Assembly: GCA_963694715.1 (NCBI GenBank)
Contig: CAVOEB010000002.1
Span: 4,305-68,304, forward strand
Direction: 5' to 3'
Origin: Alphaproteobacteria bacterium
GTDB lineage: Bacteria; Pseudomonadota; Alphaproteobacteria; UBA828; JAPUJA01
DNA: 64,000 bases
Below, in pieces: positions 11,826 to 21,396 of this stretch; position 1 is the first letter of the stretch; each line of letters starts with the position of its first letter. A model generated the notes under the pieces. That model was not told the origin of the DNA. It did not search any database and worked only from the letters and a program-made list of their open reading frames with translations. Both the position numbers and the translations under genes were made by a program.

Positions 11826-13763
11826 CTAGAAGTCGAACCCGACGCCGAACAGACCGGCGATGCCCGGGCGGGCGAATCCGTCGGCGATTTCGTAGTCGCG
11901 ATCAAACAGGTTTTCCACCCGGCCCTGCAGGTGCACGCCGTCACCCAAATCGTAGGCTGCCGCAACATCGACGACCGTGTAGCTCGCCATGCGCACGCCG
12001 CCCACATCTACGGTCGAGCCCGTGTGTAGGGTTGCGAAATTGACGGTCAGGAGATCGAGCGGATACCAGGTCAGATTGACCGACGCCTTGTGCTTTGGCC
12101 GGCGCAGCAAATCCTCGTTGATCGACGAATCGAACGCGCGGGTAAAGGTGTAGTCGAGAGCAACCAGAACCTCGGGCAACGGCTGCACCTCGATAAAGGT
12201 TTCGATCCCGCGGGTTTTCGCCTCGTCGACGTTGCGGGTGGTAAACAGACCGGCTCCGGCGTCGAACACGAAGCCATCGATCAACTCGTCGATGTCGTTC
12301 TCGAAATAGGTCGCGCCCAACACCAGGCGTCCTGCAAGCAGCTCCTGCTCGACCCCCGCATCCCAGCCGAAGCTCTTCTCCGGCACGAGATCGGCATTAC
12401 CGAAAAACAGTCCGCTCACGCCGCCGAACAGATCGACCAGCGACGGAGCCTTGAAGCCGGTGCCGACGCTGGCGCGAAATGTCGTCGCCGTCTCGAGATG
12501 GCGATAGCCAAGACTCGCGCCGTAGGTGGTTTCGGATTCGAAGTCCCGGTTGTTGTCGCCGCGCACGCCAAGCGTGCCGAATACGCGCTTCGCAAACTCG
12601 AATTGGTACTCGGCGAAGGCACTATAGGTGCGCGACTGATCGGCAAAATTGAAGAATGCGCCGCCTCCGCTCTCGCCCTGTTCACGGCGGGCCTCAAGCC
12701 CAAGCACCAGCGTGCCGAGTGGGGCAATCTGGAAATCGTTGAGCAGGGCCGCCTCCATGACCGTCCCGTCGAAGATCGAGCGGCTGGTCTCGCCGACCCC
12801 CGATTCGGGGGGATTGTCGTTCTGGAAATCCTGATCGTTGAACCCGCCCGTCAACCGGGCACCCCAGAGATCGTCAACGAGGTCGGCCTTAACGTCGAGC
12901 TGAGCCAGACGGATCGTTCTAGAATCTTCGGCGTTCACATCGTCCGCCCCGAAGCTATCGATTTCGGTGACAGCCCTGACATACTGGCCGTAGAGGTCGA
13001 CCGTCACGCTCTCAGTCGGTGAAAAACCCAAGGCGATAGACGCGACATCGTTGCGGAAGCCGTCGTTCTCGGGGTTGCCCTCATCGTCGGGTGCGATCGA
13101 GACGCCATCGGTCCTGAGCTTCGCCAGATTGAGCTGCATGGTCACCGGCCCGGCATCGCCTCCCAGCCCCCAACGGCCCGAGACGGTCCGAAAGCTTCCG
13201 GCTTCAACGTGAGCGGAACCGGTGATAGGTCCGCTGACCCGTTTGGTGATAACGTTAATCACCCCGCCGATGGCGTCGGAGCCGTACAATACGCTGCGCG
13301 GACCCCGGACGATTTCGATGCGCGCGATATTATCTACCAACAAAGATTGCGGATCGAACACTCCGCCCGATCCAGCCGGATCACCGGCCCGCCGGCCGTT
13401 GACGAGAAAGAGCACGTGATTCGACTCGGTGCCGCGCATGAAGATTGAGGTCGCCGTTCCAGCACCGCCCAACTGGACGAGATTGAGCCCGGGTACGCTT
13501 CGCAAAGCGTCGTTGACGGAGCGGTGCTGACGCTCCTCAATTTCCTCAGCCGTTATAATCGTGATGGAACTCGCGACGCTCGTCGCCGGGGTGGGCAGGC
13601 TGGTCGCGGTAACGACGACGGGAGACGTCGTCCGGGTTGCCGGCTCCGGGTCTGCGGCACCGACGGTCGAGCTGATCGAAAGGGCGGCAAGAAGCGACGC
13701 ACCGGCCGCGACAGCGAGGCGACGAGAGGGCAACGATCGAATAGAACGTGGTGATTCGGGCAT
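11826..13763 (-). CDS. btuB: TonB-dependent outer-membrane receptor, probable cobalamin receptor
   Basis: Start MPESPRS at 13763, preceded by GGAG. Signal peptide, TonB box SPVVVTATS, plug and barrel, C-terminal aromatic (…GFDF). Lies downstream of a cobalamin riboswitch. Confidence 0.8.
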   Translation of the reverse strand: MPESPRSIRSLPSRRLAVAAGASLLAALSISSTVGAADPEPATRTTSPVVVTATSLPTPATSVASSITIITAEEIEERQHRSVNDALRSVPGLNLVQLGGAGTATSIFMRGTESNHVLFLVNGRRAGDPAGSGGVFDPQSLLVDNIARIEIVRGPRSVLYGSDAIGGVINVITKRVSGPITGSAHVEAGSFRTVSGRWGLGGDAGPVTMQLNLAKLRTDGVSIAPDDEGNPENDGFRNDVASIALGFSPTESVTVDLYGQYVRAVTEIDSFGADDVNAEDSRTIRLAQLDVKADLVDDLWGARLTGGFNDQDFQNDNPPESGVGETSRSIFDGTVMEAALLNDFQIAPLGTLVLGLEARREQGESGGGAFFNFADQSRTYSAFAEYQFEFAKRVFGTLGVRGDNNRDFESETTYGASLGYRHLETATTFRASVGTGFKAPSLVDLFGGVSGLFFGNADLVPEKSFGWDAGVEQELLAGRLVLGATYFENDIDELIDGFVFDAGAGLFTTRNVDEAKTRGIETFIEVQPLPEVLVALDYTFTRAFDSSINEDLLRRPKHKASVNLTWYPLDLLTVNFATLHTGSTVDVGGVRMASYTVVDVAAAYDLGDGVHLQGRVENLFDRDYEIADGFARPGIAGLFGVGFDF

Positions 13764-13994
13764 GGCTGACTCCGTTGGGAAACGTGGAATCCGCTGACGC
13801 CGGACGAGAGACGGGGATCGCCCGGGTAACAACCGAGCAAAGCGCGGCACCCGGACGGATGATGAGACGATCGAGCTACGGAACTTGTGAGCGGCCACCC
13901 CGAACATCCCTACACGGCAACAGCAGTTCCCTGCGTCACCACATACGGATTAACCGTCCCGTCGGGAGTCCCCACCCAACGGGTATGCGACGCT

Positions 13995-14170
13995 ATCCGA
14001 CGGCAGGTCTCCTGGCTTGCGGGTCACCGCCCGACACCCGGCCTTCCCAGTTTCCCAGTGGCACACGAGGGGTGCGGACTCGCCGCTGACAGTTGCGGGG
14101 GCAGCCACGTTTCGGTCTCAATCCGACCGCACCGTGTTCCCTTTTCAGCCCGCAGAAGCGGGCACCGTCG
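13995..14170 (-). ncRNA. Cobalamin (AdoCbl) riboswitch in the btuB leader
   Basis: Minus-strand sequence reads GGTGCC…GGGAACACGGTGCGGTCGGATTGAGACCGAAACGTGGCTGCCCCCGCAACTGTCAGCGG…GTGCCACTGGGAAACTGGGAAGGCCGGG…AAGCCAGGAGACCTGCC. The B12-box and the conserved GCCACTG / GGGAAGGC elements of RF00174 are all present. Confidence 0.8.
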
Positions 14171-14188
14171 CTATAAGGACTATAGGCC

Positions 14189-14228
14189 AAAAAAAGCGGC
14201 GGAGTAATCTCATTTGCTCCGCCGCCTC
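14189..14228 (-). terminator. Rho-independent terminator after the GcvT-family gene, upstream of the riboswitch
   Basis: On the minus strand, hairpin GCGGCGGAGCAAATGAGATTACTCCGCCGC followed by TTTTTTT. Confidence 0.55.
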
Positions 14229-14265
14229 GTTTCCGGGGCGCACAACCGTGCGCCCGTTAGCGCGC

Positions 14266-15366
14266 TTACATCGCGTGCAAGCGCTCCTTTTTCGGATCGA
14301 CGAAGGGGATCGGCACCACGGTGGCCGAACAGCTGACGGTCTCGCCCTTGATCTCGACCGCAGTGCCGGTCGCGGCGTGGGCCGGAGCGACATGGCACAT
14401 GGCGATCGACTTGCCGAGCGCACGGGAGAAGGCGGGGCTGTTAACAACGCCGACCTTCTCGCCGCCGACCATGACGACGGCGCCGATATCGACGGCACCG
14501 TCGTGCTGCGCCTCGATCCCGCAGGTCACGACCTTTTCCTTGCCTTCAAGCTCGAACAGCGCCTTGCGGCCACGGAAATCACCCTTCTTGCGCGAGACGG
14601 CCCAGGCACAGGCGCATTCCCACGGCGTATGGTCGGGCGTCGCATCGCCGCCGTAGAACAGCAACGCGCTCTCGACGTGGAGGACGTCGATGCCGCCAAA
14701 GCTGATCGGCAGCAAGCCCATGGGCTTGCCGTTCTCGAAGATCTGGTTGTAGACGTCGACCGCGTTGGCCGCGTTCACCATCACCTCGTAGCCCCGCTCG
14801 CCGGAGAACCCGGTGCGCGAAATGCGGACGTCCACGCCATAAATTTTGGTGCTCATCTGGTGACAGAACGCTAGCTCGGCGATAGAATCCGCGGCATCCG
14901 CGCCTAGCAGATCGACCGACTTCGGCCCCTGCACGGAGAGCATGTGCAGATCGTCGTCGAGTTCAACAGCAGCATCCTTGCCGGCCGCGGACTCGTTCAC
15001 CCGCTCGACGCCCTCACCCCCGCCATGGACCACGAGGTAGTGGTTTTCGGCCAGGTTGTAGATATAGGCATCGTCGCAGAAATGCCCGTTGCCCAGAAGG
15101 ACGGGCGTGTAAGCCGACTTGCCGACGTAGATCTTGCTCATGTCGCGGGTGGCGAGATGATCGACCACCGCCAGGGCGTCGGGCCCACGGACATGAAGTT
15201 TCTTGAGCGCGGAGGTGTCCCACATGCCGACGCCGTTGCGCACTGCGTCCCGCTCGTCCTGAGAGTCGGTGGGGAAAGTGAAAGGAACATCCATGTCGTT
15301 CCATTCGCCCATTTCCGCGCCCAGTTCGCGCAAGCGTGCGTCGAGCGCCGATACCCGTTTGGCCAT
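14266..15366 (-). CDS. Aminomethyltransferase (GcvT/DmdA) family protein, probably folate-binding
   Basis: 366 aa from MAKRVSALDA at 15366. GcvT-family fold pattern. Starts 52 nt downstream of the TMADH stop on the same strand. Confidence 0.75.
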   Translation of the reverse strand: MAKRVSALDARLRELGAEMGEWNDMDVPFTFPTDSQDERDAVRNGVGMWDTSALKKLHVRGPDALAVVDHLATRDMSKIYVGKSAYTPVLLGNGHFCDDAYIYNLAENHYLVVHGGGEGVERVNESAAGKDAAVELDDDLHMLSVQGPKSVDLLGADAADSIAELAFCHQMSTKIYGVDVRISRTGFSGERGYEVMVNAANAVDVYNQIFENGKPMGLLPISFGGIDVLHVESALLFYGGDATPDHTPWECACAWAVSRKKGDFRGRKALFELEGKEKVVTCGIEAQHDGAVDIGAVVMVGGEKVGVVNSPAFSRALGKSIAMCHVAPAHAATGTAVEIKGETVSCSATVVPIPFVDPKKERLHAM

Positions 15367-15418
15367 AATCAAACTCCCTTTCTGTACTCGTTCAGCCGTC
15401 ACATTCAGCCGTTTGGCT

Positions 15419-17593
15419 CTAGCTCAGCTTCGGCATATTTTCCTGACCCCAGATCTGACGCTCACGAATGTAGGGCATCGGACGCTGAGGATTGGGGGAC
15501 TCGAACTCGCGGGCGATCCGGTGGCCCTCGAACACCGCGTCCGCGATGTAGCGCGGTGCGTAGGCGTCGCCCGAGAGATAGATCGCCTGGATCTCGTTTT
15601 CCTCCCACTCGGCCTTGCGGGCCTTAAGCTCGCGGAACAGGCCATCATTGGAGAGCCGCGCCGTACACAGCACGACGGTATCGACCATGAGATCCTCATG
15701 TTCGGTGCCCTGGGTGCGGGGCAGTTCGCCGACCCGCGGCTCGGTGGTGCGCCGATAGCCGTCACGCGAGAGATCGTAGGCCCGCACGCGAACCTCGTTG
15801 CCGACTTCGATCTCCTCGACCCAGTGACCGGTCATTTCCTTGATCTTCTTTTCGTGCAGCATGCGGTGCAGGTTCGGCCCCTCGAGGGTGAACTCGGTGT
15901 AGGGCGCAACCTCACCCAACTGGGTGATAATGGTCACGTCCTTGCCCTGGTCCTTGAGAAACTCGGCCATGCCGACACCGGTGAAATAGCCATCGGCATC
16001 GAGCACCACGACCCGGTCGCCCACTTCCTTGCCCGCCATGACCTGCTCGGGCGTGCAGAACTGCGCCTGCGAGGAATCAACGTTGGCGATGGTCTCGTGG
16101 TCGACGCAGTTGTGGCCGTTGCCGGCCCAGTAAGATCCGGTCGCAATGACGACCTTGTCCGCGCCGTAGCCCAGCACGTCGTCGGTCGACAGACGCGTCT
16201 TTGTGTGGACCTCGACATTCTTCAACTTGTCGAGCTGGAGCTCGCGGTAGGTCACGATGCGGCCCCACTCGGAGAGGCCGGGATAGCGCTGAATTTCCTT
16301 CATGGAGCCGCCGACCTCGGCGTCGGCCTCGACGAGATGAACCTCGAAACCGCGCATGCCGAGCACCCGCGCGCATTCCAGACCCGAAGGTCCGGCCCCG
16401 ACGACGAGCACCGACGCCTCCTCAGGCGCCTTCTCGAACTTCTCGGGATGCCAGCCGCGGCGGTATTCTTCCATCGCGGTGGCGTTCTGGGTGCAGATCA
16501 GCGGCGGACCGCCGATCTCCCAACGCGAGATGCACATGTTGCAACCGATGCATTCGCAGATGTCTTCGGGCCTGCCTTCCTCAATCTTCGTGGGCAGGAA
16601 GGGGTCGGCGATCGAGGGCCGCGCCGCACCGATGATATCGGCCTGGCCCGACTTGATGATCTCGACCATGTCGTCGGGGCTCGTGACACGCCCGACGGTG
16701 AGGACCGGCACGTTGGCCACGTCCTTGACGCCCTTGACCCATGGTCGCTGGTGGTTCGCCTTGTAGAAACGCGACGGCCCCGCATCCTCGCCCCACTCGG
16801 CGATGTCGGAAATATTGACGTCCCACAGATCGGTCAACCCCTCGCGGGTGACGAGCTCGACGAACTTCATGCCGTCCTCGCCCATTTCGACACCAGCCGA
16901 ACCGATGATGGTGTCGATGGCGAAGCGGGTGACGACGCCACAGTTCGCACCGACGGCGGTCTTCACGCCCTCAAGGCATTCCATCCAAAAGCGGGCGCGG
17001 TTCTCGATGTTGCCGCCATACTTGTCGGTGCGCTTGTTGTAGTACGTGGAGAGAAACTGCAGTGGCAGATAGCTGTGCGAGCCGTAAACGTAGATCAGAT
17101 CGAATCCGGCCTGCTCAGCGCGCTTGGCACCCTCGACATACATCTGAACGAGCTGCTTGACGTCGTCTTCGTCGGCCTCGTGAGGATAGGTCCGGTTTTC
17201 GAAGTTCGACGAAAAGGGCGACGGGCTCATGGGCACGTGGCGGGTGTCCATGCAGGGAGCATGGGGGCCGCCATGCCACATCTCGCAGCCGACCAACGCG
17301 CCGTGCTCGTGGCAGCTTTCGGTCAGGTGGCGCAGATTGATGACATCGCCGTCGTCCCACAGCCGCGCGTGGACGCGCGGCGTATCGTCGGAATCCGGAT
17401 CGATCGAGCAGTATTCGGTGCACACAGCGCCCCAGCCGCCCTCGGCGCGGATCGAACGAAAGCTCGCCTGGCCGCCCGGCTTATCGGATCCGGCTCCGAT
17501 ACAGTGGGGCACCTGGTAGAAGCGGTTCTTCATCGTCTTAGGCCCAATCTTGATGGGCTCGAACAGAATGTCGTATTTTGGATCGCGTGCCAT
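15419..17593 (-). CDS. tmd: Trimethylamine (or dimethylamine) dehydrogenase, FMN/4Fe-4S/ADP three-domain family
   Basis: 724 aa. N-terminus ARDPKYDILFEPIKIGPKTMKNRFYQVPHCIGAGSDKPG and the cluster motif CECIGCNMCISRWEIGGPPLICTQNATAMEEYRRGWHPEKF align almost residue for residue with the Methylophilus TMADH sequence as recalled. Preceded by GGGAG at -8. Confidence 0.85.
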   Translation of the reverse strand: MARDPKYDILFEPIKIGPKTMKNRFYQVPHCIGAGSDKPGGQASFRSIRAEGGWGAVCTEYCSIDPDSDDTPRVHARLWDDGDVINLRHLTESCHEHGALVGCEMWHGGPHAPCMDTRHVPMSPSPFSSNFENRTYPHEADEDDVKQLVQMYVEGAKRAEQAGFDLIYVYGSHSYLPLQFLSTYYNKRTDKYGGNIENRARFWMECLEGVKTAVGANCGVVTRFAIDTIIGSAGVEMGEDGMKFVELVTREGLTDLWDVNISDIAEWGEDAGPSRFYKANHQRPWVKGVKDVANVPVLTVGRVTSPDDMVEIIKSGQADIIGAARPSIADPFLPTKIEEGRPEDICECIGCNMCISRWEIGGPPLICTQNATAMEEYRRGWHPEKFEKAPEEASVLVVGAGPSGLECARVLGMRGFEVHLVEADAEVGGSMKEIQRYPGLSEWGRIVTYRELQLDKLKNVEVHTKTRLSTDDVLGYGADKVVIATGSYWAGNGHNCVDHETIANVDSSQAQFCTPEQVMAGKEVGDRVVVLDADGYFTGVGMAEFLKDQGKDVTIITQLGEVAPYTEFTLEGPNLHRMLHEKKIKEMTGHWVEEIEVGNEVRVRAYDLSRDGYRRTTEPRVGELPRTQGTEHEDLMVDTVVLCTARLSNDGLFRELKARKAEWEENEIQAIYLSGDAYAPRYIADAVFEGHRIAREFESPNPQRPMPYIRERQIWGQENMPKLS

Positions 17594-18057
17594 GAGATCG
17601 GCTCCCTTCCAGCTTGGGTTCGTTACCCGGCTTGGCCGGGCATTTTCATCTTCGCGCCGGGGTGACCCGACGGTAAATTTACAACGTGGGGCACATGGCC
17701 CCGAACATAATCAATCGAGCGAATATGGCGTCGATCGACCCGGCAGCCTTGATTCAAATCAAGCCCGCTTCGGGGCCCTCGCCCCGTCGGCGAACTCGAC
17801 GAACAGCTTATGACGCCGACAGACAGCCCGCGGAAACCTTCTTTTTCAGTATACAGCAATTCGTCCGCCAACGCGCCTTCCGGACGTCGGCGGTCTATAT
17901 TACTGCGCAGTTCACCAGTCTCTCCCATTCGATCCCCGGCGCCGTTCGCACTCGCTGTTTCCCGCCGCACAGGCTCGTTCCATGCCCGGCCTGTTTCATC
18001 GGAACCGGAACGCAACTTAGCCAAATTGGCCTATTGGTCCAACTATACCGATTATAT

Positions 18058-18576
18058 CTATTGGTTCTGCGTCATATAGCCATAATGCGAACTTACAATG
18101 GACCAATTATGAGTAACCGGTCTAGTTCGTGGCCGGATCCGATTTTTGTTCTCCCGCAAGCTCAACAGGGCTCGATGCAGCTGACCGGTCGAAGCAACGG
18201 GGCACCACCCCCCCCCTCCGTCGACTTCAACCATGAAGTAATAGCTGTCGCGCAGCGCGAGCTGATTGGTTCGATCAGGATCCTGCGCGCCGGTCACGGC
18301 TCCTGCCGCCAGCCAGGTGACGCCGATAATGGTGCCGAGATCGATCCGGGGCATATGGACGGAATTTGGCAGAGTGACGGAACGCTTGCCAACGGCGTCG
18401 CACAGAACCACCCGGCCGCTTGCGCCAAGACAGATAGTGTCGAACGCCGAGCCCGCCACAGCCGAGGACGATGCGCCCAGCGCCAGGACGGCGCCGAGGA
18501 TCACGATCCTTTGAGCGCGCCCTATTGACCGGCCGGCGGCAGGTTGGTGTTCCAGACGTCGAGCGCGATCTGCCAT
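18058..18576 (-). CDS. Hypothetical Cys-containing, possibly secreted protein (uncertain)
   Basis: 172-aa ORF with a hydrophobic N-region. Its 3-prime end lies in the low-GC palindrome-rich zone, so it may be spurious or shorter. Confidence 0.3.
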   Translation of the reverse strand: MADRARRLEHQPAAGRSIGRAQRIVILGAVLALGASSSAVAGSAFDTICLGASGRVVLCDAVGKRSVTLPNSVHMPRIDLGTIIGVTWLAAGAVTGAQDPDRTNQLALRDSYYFMVEVDGGGGWCPVASTGQLHRALLSLRENKNRIRPRTRPVTHNWSIVSSHYGYMTQNQ

Positions 18577-19010
18577 TTTCCGTTCGGTCCGCGCCGCCAG
18601 ACCAGCGCGTACTTGCCTTCATCGCTGATCTCAGCCCCGCCCCGGGGTGTAAAGGAGAGCGTGAAATCACCCCGCGACCAGCCCAGCGTGCCGTTGCGCT
18701 CGGCCTGGCTGTTGGTCAGGGTCAATTCGAAGGCATCCATGGCGCCGAAGAATCCATCCCAGAATTCGACGATGGCGTCACGGCCCTCAACGGGCCCGCC
18801 GTTCGGCGCCATGATGACACCGTCCTTCGCATAAAGCTGGCCGAGTACCGTGGCGTCGCCCACGTTGAAGGTCTCGACGAACCCGGCAATGCCATCCTCG
18901 ACCTTGCGCTCGAACCAGTCGGCACGGGCGGCGTTGGGCGTGGTGAGAAAACCCGCCGCGAGTACCACTGCGGCAAGCGCCAAAACGCGGCGGCGAAGCA
19001 AGTTAGTCAT
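18522..19010 (-). CDS. SnoaL-like / DUF4440 (NTF2-fold) periplasmic protein
   Basis: Signal peptide MTNLLRRRVLALAAVVLAAG, then an NTF2-like pattern (…GDATVLGQLYAKDGVIMAPNGGPVEGRDAIVEFW…KWQIALDVWN). Confidence 0.6.
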   Translation of the reverse strand: MTNLLRRRVLALAAVVLAAGFLTTPNAARADWFERKVEDGIAGFVETFNVGDATVLGQLYAKDGVIMAPNGGPVEGRDAIVEFWDGFFGAMDAFELTLTNSQAERNGTLGWSRGDFTLSFTPRGGAEISDEGKYALVWRRGPNGKWQIALDVWNTNLPPAGQ

Positions 19011-19161
19011 GGCAGGATCTCCCGGGATGGTGCGGCGGGATCAACCCGCCTTACGAGCATAATAGCAGACGATCCCAACGCGAGCGCACGACGGTCCGAG
19101 CTTCACGAGGCGGGCCCCGCCCGCCCCGGATGAGCTTCACGCCGGCATTGAGCCAGAGGAC

Positions 19162-19533
19162 CTAGCCGACGGTCTTGCCGTAATAGCAGATGACCTCGGA
19201 GAGAACGCCGGCGTCGGCGACCTTGATCAGGCCCGTGCCCTCGAAGGGAGTGCCGGCAATTGCCCACCAGCACCACACGGTGACCGTGCCGTCGTCCTCT
19301 TCCTTAGTGACCACTTCTGTTATGTCCATGAAGTTGTCGAACGCCTTGCCGGCGCGGATTTCGTCCACTGCCAACTTGAGCGCGGCAAAATAGGACTCGA
19401 AATCCGCCTTGGCGATCTTGCCCGCGTTGGGATCGTCGAAATAGAAACTGTCGGCGGTCGACTTCATGTGACAGCCGGAATCGCCGGTGACCCAGCCCTG
19501 AGCGTAGGTCCCGATGTGATCGGATATGGCCAT
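19162..19533 (-). CDS. Hypothetical small protein, possibly NTF2-like
   Basis: 123-aa ORF with protein-like composition. No specific family recognised. Confidence 0.5.
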   Translation of the reverse strand: MAISDHIGTYAQGWVTGDSGCHMKSTADSFYFDDPNAGKIAKADFESYFAALKLAVDEIRAGKAFDNFMDITEVVTKEEDDGTVTVWCWWAIAGTPFEGTGLIKVADAGVLSEVICYYGKTVG

Positions 19534-19753
19534 TGTCTTCTCCCCGTGTGTTTGTGGCGCCGTTCAGCGTGAGGCTCTGAATTACGCCAAGGCCCGCATG
19601 CCTGTCAAACGATAGGAATGGACGGACGGCCGGCTCCAATAAATATTTATCAGAACAGCGTATGGCGCTTGCCATGGCATCGATCAAAGATTCTATATAA
19701 TAGAAGACGTTTATTCCTACTGACTGGTGTCTCTACCTAGCGGAGCCGCATCT

Positions 19754-21382
19754 ATGGTGAGCTACGACTACGTGATTGTCGGCGCCGGTTCGGCGGGCTG
19801 CGTGCTGGCCAACAAGCTAAGCGCAGACGGCAAGAATTCGGTGCTCGTTCTGGAAGCCGGACCGATGGATCGCGGTTTGCTGATCCACATGCCGGCCGGC
19901 GTCTACCGTGCCCACGTGGATCCCCGAATTAACTGGAATTATGTGACCGAGGGCGAGCCGGAACTCTACGATCGTCAGATCGATATGCCCCGAGGCAAGG
20001 TCGTGGGCGGTTCCTCGTCGATCAACTCCATGGTTTACATGCGCGGCCAGCCTCAGGACTACGACCGTTGGGCCGACGAACTGGGCCTGACGGAATGGCG
20101 TTATGCCAATTGTCTACCCTATTTCAAGGCGGGTGAGACGAGCGACCGCGGAGTCGACGACTGGCGCGGCGGCGACGGGCCGCTGGGGGTGACCAAGGGG
20201 AATTTCCAGAACCCGCTCTACGACGCCTTTCTCGAGGCCGGCGAACAGGCCGGCCAAGGCGCCACGGACGATCCCAACGGCTTCAACCCAGAAGGCGTGA
20301 CGCGGCTCGACGCAACCAAGAAAAACGGTCGGCGCTGTAGCGCCGCCGTCGCGTTTCTCAAGCCCGCGCTTACTCGCCCCAACCTAACGCTGCTCGCGGG
20401 CGCGATGGTTCAAACGGTCATCTTTGACGATAACCGCGCCTCGGGCATCGCGTTCGATCACAAGGGCGAACGGCGAACCGTCGAGGCCGAAAAGGAGGTC
20501 ATTCTTTCGGGCGGTGCGATCAATTCGCCACAAACGCTCATGCTCTCCGGGATAGGTCCGGCCGATCATCTGCGTTCGCTCGGCATCGAACCGAGGCTCG
20601 ACCTGGCCGGGGTGGGCCAAAACCTGCAGGATCACGCGGCTATTCTCTTCCAGTTTGAGAGCAAGAAGTCGTTCCCCATGCACCGGGTCGACCGGCCGCT
20701 CAACAAACTTCTCGTCGGGGCCCAGTGGATGATCAACCGCACCGGCATGGCCTCGTCGAACGTATGGGAAGCTGGCGGCCTGATCCGGAGCAACGACCAT
20801 GTCGATTACCCGAACCTGCAATACCACTTTGCCCCTACGGGCTATGAGTACGAGGGCACGAAGATAAAACTGCTGCAGGCTTTCTGCATTCAGATCGACC
20901 AGCTGCGCCCGCGCAGCCACGGCCATATCGCGTTGAAGTCGGCCAATCCCAACGACAAGCCTGCGATGTTCTTCAATTACCTGTCGGACCCGTTCGATCT
21001 TGGGGAACTGGTCGAGGGCGTGAAGAAGATGCGCGAGTTGGTCGCGCAACCGGCCTTCGACGGCCTACGCGGCCGGGAAATCGGGCTCAGCCTCGACGCA
21101 AAGACCGATAAGGAAATCGAAGAAGCGGTCCGGCGCATGACGTCGACCGATTTCCATCCCTGCGGAACCTGCCGCATGGGCCACGACCCCGGTGCCGTGG
21201 TCGATGCGGAGTTGCGGGTTCACGGTATCGAGGCGCTGCGTGTGGTCGATGCTTCGGTTATGCCGCGCGTCATCAGCGCAAACCTGAACGCCCCGACCCA
21301 GATGATCGCCTCGCGCGCCGCTGACTACATCCTGGGGCGTGCGCCGCTTGCCCCCTTCGAGGCACGCTTTGCGTTTCAGTGA
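19754..21382 (+). CDS. betA: GMC-family oxidoreductase, choline dehydrogenase-like
   Basis: Start MVSYDYVIVGAGSAGCVLANKLS (FAD GxGxxG). GMC signatures and C-terminal HPCGTCRMG active-site region. The betA assignment is by family resemblance only; no betB or betI is nearby. Confidence 0.75.
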   Translation: MVSYDYVIVGAGSAGCVLANKLSADGKNSVLVLEAGPMDRGLLIHMPAGVYRAHVDPRINWNYVTEGEPELYDRQIDMPRGKVVGGSSSINSMVYMRGQPQDYDRWADELGLTEWRYANCLPYFKAGETSDRGVDDWRGGDGPLGVTKGNFQNPLYDAFLEAGEQAGQGATDDPNGFNPEGVTRLDATKKNGRRCSAAVAFLKPALTRPNLTLLAGAMVQTVIFDDNRASGIAFDHKGERRTVEAEKEVILSGGAINSPQTLMLSGIGPADHLRSLGIEPRLDLAGVGQNLQDHAAILFQFESKKSFPMHRVDRPLNKLLVGAQWMINRTGMASSNVWEAGGLIRSNDHVDYPNLQYHFAPTGYEYEGTKIKLLQAFCIQIDQLRPRSHGHIALKSANPNDKPAMFFNYLSDPFDLGELVEGVKKMRELVAQPAFDGLRGREIGLSLDAKTDKEIEEAVRRMTSTDFHPCGTCRMGHDPGAVVDAELRVHGIEALRVVDASVMPRVISANLNAPTQMIASRAADYILGRAPLAPFEARFAFQ

Positions 21383-21396
21383 TCAATTTAAAAAGC

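Noticed and set aside
12090-13022. 310-aa plus-strand ORF
   Set aside because: Antisense to the TonB-dependent receptor gene.
15269-17665. 798-aa plus-strand ORF
   Set aside because: Runs antisense to the TMADH gene, whose protein shows near residue-level matches to characterised enzymes. No recognisable domains.
17686-18528. 280-aa plus-strand ORF spanning the tmd leader
   Set aside because: No start context, junk-like composition (P/R/S runs), overlaps palindromic regulatory motifs. More likely non-coding.
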